A stretch of DNA of 64,000 nucleotides. It comes from Bacteroidota bacterium. Its GTDB lineage: Bacteria; Bacteroidota; Ignavibacteria; UBA10030; UBA8401. How positions within the stretch are numbered: the stretch's first letter is position 1; the number at the start of each line of letters is the position of its first letter. A model generated the notes under the pieces. The model saw only the letters and a program-made list of their open reading frames with translations. It did not search any database and was not told the DNA's origin. The position numbers were made by a program, and so were the translations under genes. The stretch spans positions 18,497 to 82,496 of the forward strand of contig SXSI01000047.1 of assembly GCA_005792285.1 (NCBI GenBank), in the 5' to 3' direction. Of the stretch, positions 60,023-64,000 are shown piece by piece.

Positions 60023-60922
60023 TTAAGTTGACTTAGGATGAGCTTGCTGATAAACTTTTTTTAATTTTTCGGCTGTAACATTTGTATAAAGTTGTGTTGT
60101 TGAAAGTGAAACATGTCCAAGTAATTCTTTTACAACTCTAATGTCCGCGCCGTTATTTAGTAAATGAGTTGCAAACGAATGTCTAAAAATATGTGGGCTC
60201 TTTTGTTGAATTTCCGGAGCTCTTGCAAAAAAATCTTTTACGATTCTATTTACATTATGCTCCAAGATTCTCATTCCGTTTTTACCAATAAAAAGTGAAT
60301 TTTCATTTTTAATTGCAAAACTTTCTCTTTCCTTTAAATAATCTAAGAGTTTTTCTTTTGCTATTCTACTAAATGGAACAATTCTTTGTTTGTTACCTTT
60401 ACCAGTTACTTTTAAAACTTTTCCATGATAATCTATATCAGTTAAATTTAATCCGACTAATTCACCTCTTCTTATTCCGGTACTATAAAATAATTCAACT
60501 ATGGCTTTGTCTCTAATTTTCAATTCAGAATTTGAATCATAAGTATCGATCAAAGTCGCCATCTGTTTTTCACTTACAAATTGCGGTAACTTTTTTTCCA
60601 TCTTAGGGAATAAAACTCCAGCTACTGGATTTAGAGAAATATAATTTTTCCTAATTGCGAATTTAAATAAAGATCGAATTGAAGATAAATGACGGCGAAT
60701 ACTTTTTTTGGAAAATCCCTTTTCGAATAATGAAGCTAAATAACCACGTATAATATTTTTTGAAATTCCGGAAATATCACCTTTTTCAATTTTGTATTCA
60801 TTATTTAAAAATAAATCTAAACTTGAATAATCGGCTTGATATGAAATAACAGTCTTCTCAGAATAATTCAGCTCATCGGAAATATATTTTAAATATTCGT
60901 CAATAAGCTTATGGAGTTTCAT
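60023..60922 (-). CDS. xerC: Tyrosine site-specific recombinase XerC/XerD.
   Basis: Catalytic R...HxxR...Y motifs (HIFRHSFATHLL...LGHVSLSTTQLYTNV). It lies next to topA in a housekeeping context. Confidence 0.85.
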   Translation of the reverse strand: MKLHKLIDEYLKYISDELNYSEKTVISYQADYSSLDLFLNNEYKIEKGDISGISKNIIRGYLASLFEKGFSKKSIRRHLSSIRSLFKFAIRKNYISLNPVAGVLFPKMEKKLPQFVSEKQMATLIDTYDSNSELKIRDKAIVELFYSTGIRRGELVGLNLTDIDYHGKVLKVTGKGNKQRIVPFSRIAKEKLLDYLKERESFAIKNENSLFIGKNGMRILEHNVNRIVKDFFARAPEIQQKSPHIFRHSFATHLLNNGADIRVVKELLGHVSLSTTQLYTNVTAEKLKKVYQQAHPKST

Positions 60923-63174
60923 TATTGTATGGGTTGTTCCTCGACAATATCAAACTCTTCTTTGCATTCTGGACATTTTAAATATTCGCCTTTTTTTTGC
61001 GAATATTTTTTGACTATGTAACTATGCTTGCACGATGAACATTCGGTTGGAATCGGTTTATCCCATGATGCAAAATCACAATCGGGATAACTTGAGCAAC
61101 CATAAAAATTTCTTTTTCGTTTTGTTTTTCTTTCGATGACATATCCAACCTTACATATTGGACAATCCATGCCAATTGACATTGGTTGTGTGTGAGTACA
61201 AGTTGGATAAGTTGAACAACCAAGAAAATTTCCAAATTTGCCACCCTTCATAACCATTGGCGCATTACATCTTTTACAAATAATATTTGTTGATTCAATT
61301 ATTTTAGCCTGATCCTCCGGAAGTGGTTTTGTATTTTTACACTTTGGGTATCCGGAACAAGCCATGAACCGACCATTGCTTCCCCATTTTTTTACAAAAT
61401 ACTTACCACATAATTCACAAATATCATCTGTAATTTCGATTAAAGATTTTTTAATTTCGCCAGATTTTTCATCTACTTGGTTTAATTCTTCAATAAAAGG
61501 AAGGTAGAAATCATTGAGAACTTGTAAATATGTATTCTTTCCAGCTGCAATGGTTTCAAGTTCTTCTTCCATTAATGCTGTGAATTTAACATTCAACACT
61601 TTTGGAAAATTATGTTTTAAAATATTAGTAACTACAATTCCAAGTTCGGTTGCGTAAAGTTTTCTGTTTTCTTGAGTAACATAATTTCTACCCACAATAG
61701 TTGTAATTATTTGAGCATAAGTACTCGGTCTTCCAATTCCAAGTGCTTCAAGTTCTTTCACTAAAGAACTCTCTGTATATCTCGCAGGTGGTTTTGTAAA
61801 ATGTTGTCTTGGCATCAATGCATTTAAAATTGCGTCGTCGCCAATATTTAATTTTGAAGGAATTTTTGATGTCGGATCTTCATCTTCAATTTCATCTTTA
61901 TCATTTTCGAGATCGTCGTATACTTGTAGAAATCCACGAAAGATTGGTGTTGAACCTGTTGCTCTGAATAAAAATCTACCTCCTGTAACTTCAACCGTCA
62001 GCTGTTCATAAATTGCAGAAGACATTTGCGATGCAACAAATCTATTCCAAATTAATTCATAAAGAGCAAATAAATCTTTGTCTAAAAAACTTTTAACATA
62101 TTTCGGAGTGAACTTAAGTGATGTTGGTCTTATCGCTTCGTGTGCATCTTGCGAAGTTTTTCCTTTTTTATAAATTCTTGATTCTTTGGGAATATATCCA
62201 GCACCATAAGAAGTATAAATATAAGATCTTAGTTCTGTAAGAATAGTTTCGCTAACTCGAGTTGAGTCAGTTCTCATATAAGTAATTAATCCAACAGTAC
62301 CTTCTTCACCAAGATCAATTCCTTCATATAATTTTTGTGCTAACATCATTGTTCGTTTTGCGGAAAATCTAAGTCGCGAAGATGCTTCTTGTTGAAGTGT
62401 GCTAGTTATAAATGGTGGATTTGGATTTCGCTTAGTTTCTTTTTTTACAATATCACTAATGCTGTATAATTGTTTAGTAATTTCAGATTTTAATTCTTCA
62501 GCATTTTGTTTGTTTAAAATAGTCGGAAGACCTCCATTTATTTTTGCAAGTTTCGCATAAAATGGTTCAGAACTATTGCTGGTAAATTCACCGACCATGC
62601 TCCAATATTCTTTTGGAATGAATTTTTCAATTTCAGCTTCTCTTTCACAAATTAATCTTACTGCAACTGATTGAACTCTTCCAGCAGAAAGTCCATAATA
62701 AACCGTTTTCCAAATAAATGGACTTAATTTATATCCAACAATTCTATCCATTGCTCTTCTTGCACGTTGAGATTCCACCATGTTTTTATCAATAGCTAGT
62801 GGATTGCTAATTCCTTCTTCAATTCCGGATTTTGTTATTTCATGAAAAAGAACACGCTTAATATTTTTATTTCTTGAAACAATTTCTTCTGCGATATCAT
62901 ATGCAATTGCTTCACCTTCACGATCTGGATCGGTTGCTATTAATATTTTATCTGCTTTTTCTGCACACTCTTGAAGTTCAGTAATTACAGCAAGTTTATT
63001 TGGCATTATCTCGAAAGTAGATTCAAATTCATTCTCTACATCAACACCAAGTTTAGATTTTGGTAAATTTTTTATATGTCCAACCGAAGCTTTTACAATA
63101 TAATTTTTACCAAGATATTTGTTTATTGTTTTTGCTTTGGATGGAGATTCAACTATAATTAAGGATTTCTTCAT
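60922..63174 (-). CDS. topA: DNA topoisomerase I with three C-terminal C4 zinc ribbons.
   Basis: Toprim domain (MKKSLIIVESPSKAKTI), the active-site Tyr region and repeated CxxC...CxxC modules at the C-terminus. Confidence 0.9.
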   Translation of the reverse strand: MKKSLIIVESPSKAKTINKYLGKNYIVKASVGHIKNLPKSKLGVDVENEFESTFEIMPNKLAVITELQECAEKADKILIATDPDREGEAIAYDIAEEIVSRNKNIKRVLFHEITKSGIEEGISNPLAIDKNMVESQRARRAMDRIVGYKLSPFIWKTVYYGLSAGRVQSVAVRLICEREAEIEKFIPKEYWSMVGEFTSNSSEPFYAKLAKINGGLPTILNKQNAEELKSEITKQLYSISDIVKKETKRNPNPPFITSTLQQEASSRLRFSAKRTMMLAQKLYEGIDLGEEGTVGLITYMRTDSTRVSETILTELRSYIYTSYGAGYIPKESRIYKKGKTSQDAHEAIRPTSLKFTPKYVKSFLDKDLFALYELIWNRFVASQMSSAIYEQLTVEVTGGRFLFRATGSTPIFRGFLQVYDDLENDKDEIEDEDPTSKIPSKLNIGDDAILNALMPRQHFTKPPARYTESSLVKELEALGIGRPSTYAQIITTIVGRNYVTQENRKLYATELGIVVTNILKHNFPKVLNVKFTALMEEELETIAAGKNTYLQVLNDFYLPFIEELNQVDEKSGEIKKSLIEITDDICELCGKYFVKKWGSNGRFMACSGYPKCKNTKPLPEDQAKIIESTNIICKRCNAPMVMKGGKFGNFLGCSTYPTCTHTQPMSIGMDCPICKVGYVIERKTKRKRNFYGCSSYPDCDFASWDKPIPTECSSCKHSYIVKKYSQKKGEYLKCPECKEEFDIVEEQPIQ

Positions 63175-63236
63175 TTTTTTATATTTATTTGCTTTGCAAA
63201 CATCTGCAATAAATAGTTACAATGTCAAGTAAAAGA

Positions 63237-63668
63237 TTATTTTAAAAATTTAGAAATTAAAAATTCTTGCTTAATAATCATTGTTTTATATTTTTTAATT
63301 GTTACATCATCGTAACCCAAAAGATGTAACAACCCATGAATAACTAATCTTGCAATTTCTTTTTGAATAGTTTGCTTATAAATTATTGCTTGTCTTTTTG
63401 CTTGTACTAAATTAATAAATATATCCCCTTCAATATTTTTCCCTTCACTCCAATCGAGAGTAATTACATCTGTAGTTTTATTTTTAGAAAAATATTTTTT
63501 ATGAAGGAATTTTATTTCTTTATCAGTTGTAAAATTGATGCTGATTATTGATTTGTCTAATTTATAATATTTAAAAAACTTTTTTAATAAATTTAAAACT
63601 GCTGGGTTATTAATTTTGTATAGTTGTAAAAGTCCTTCAGTTGCTGAATTAATATTGTAACTGTTCAT
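63237..63668 (-). CDS. ybeY: rRNA maturation endoribonuclease YbeY.
   Basis: Zinc-binding motif HGLLHLLGYDD. Confidence 0.85.
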   Translation of the reverse strand: MNSYNINSATEGLLQLYKINNPAVLNLLKKFFKYYKLDKSIISINFTTDKEIKFLHKKYFSKNKTTDVITLDWSEGKNIEGDIFINLVQAKRQAIIYKQTIQKEIARLVIHGLLHLLGYDDVTIKKYKTMIIKQEFLISKFLK

Positions 63669-64000
63669 ATTTTAGGTGGTGTCTGTCGGTACCTTTTCAC
63701 ATAATTAACGTAATTATCTGCCGACTCCTTTAATCCATCTAATTCACCTTGAGTTAAATTCCGAATTATTTTTCCGGGAACTCCTGCAACAAGTACACCT
63801 TCCGGAATTTTTGCATGTTGTAAAATTAGACTTCCGGCTGCAATTAAAACAAAAGGACCAATTGTTGAATTATCAAGAATCGTTGCATTCATTCCAATTA
63901 AAGTATAATCAAGAATTGTACATGCGTGAATTACTGCGCTGTGTCCAATCGTTACATTCGATTTTATAATGCAAGGATAAATATCATGTGTAACATGCAC
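63665..64000 (-). CDS. Gamma-carbonic-anhydrase / hexapeptide-repeat family protein. Only the C-terminal part is in the window, and the 5' end lies beyond it.
   Basis: Left-handed beta-helix hexapeptide repeats (IGHSAVIHACTI...IGMNATILDNSTIG). The reading frame stays open to the window edge. Confidence 0.65.
   Translation of the reverse strand: MHVTHDIYPCIIKSNVTIGHSAVIHACTILDYTLIGMNATILDNSTIGPFVLIAAGSLILQHAKIPEGVLVAGVPGKIIRNLTQGELDGLKESADNYVNYVKRYRQTPPKI

Noticed and set aside
60023-60922. XerC/D-type tyrosine recombinase as a marker of an integrated mobile element.
   Set aside because: It has housekeeping-type Xer motifs and sits between hprK and topA with tight spacing. There are no flanking repeats, tRNA gene, or phage or transposon genes.
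1-64000. CRISPR arrays, IS elements, prophage genes, toxin-antitoxin pairs and restriction-modification genes.
   Set aside because: I scanned for direct repeats with regular spacers, transposase or integrase motifs, and small paired ORFs. None is present. The only tandem repeats are short in-frame coding repeats.

Overview
This is an AT-rich, very gene-dense chromosomal segment with about 55 protein-coding genes. Nearly all are housekeeping and arranged in long co-directional arrays. I found no rRNA or tRNA genes, CRISPR arrays, transposases, phage genes or toxin-antitoxin pairs. I also see no compact cluster of unknown genes that would justify calling a new defence or mobile system in this window. 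The functions I could call confidently are, in order:
- Protein export: secD and secF, and a separate secA.
- Respiration: an orphan respiratory Complex I membrane-arm module, nuoJKLMN.
- TCA cycle: class I fumarase next to citrate synthase.
- Cell envelope: lpxH, a class A penicillin-binding protein (PBP1A), a family 9 glycosyltransferase (GT9) heptosyltransferase and an LpxL-type acyltransferase; an Omp85-family protein; an M23 peptidase.
- Information processing: metG, holB, topA, a XerC/D recombinase, ybeY, nusB, a TrmH-type methyltransferase and hprK.
The window also carries three large TonB-dependent receptors of the Oar/carboxypeptidase-regulatory-domain type. Two secreted enzymes carry C-terminal sorting domains for the type IX secretion system (T9SS): an S8 subtilisin and a phospholipase D (PLD)-superfamily protein with two HKD motifs. 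Together with the receptors and hprK, these suggest the source is a bacterium of the FCB group (the Fibrobacteres-Chlorobi-Bacteroidetes superphylum), probably an Ignavibacteria/Chlorobi-like lineage. That is an inference. The ORF track missed one large gene because it runs off the window start on the minus strand (1..3300). It encodes a secreted protein of at least 1100 aa with thrombospondin-type-3-like calcium-binding repeats, and its start codon lies 3 nt after the stop codon of the upstream TonB receptor. Four ORF-track calls need correcting:
- cdd starts at an internal ATG.
- The small lipoprotein after secA starts at a GTG.
- The alpha/beta hydrolase after gltA starts upstream of its first ATG.
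- The largest TonB receptor probably starts at an internal Met.
The findings worth a second look are the receptor-coupled giant repeat protein, the secreted two-HKD PLD enzyme, a cytoplasmic SNase-like protein with an altered calcium site downstream of a structured 140-nt spacer, an alpha/beta hydrolase with no ATG start, and a three-gene nucleotide house-cleaning operon (DUF971, cdd, YjjX) upstream of the orphan nuo module.
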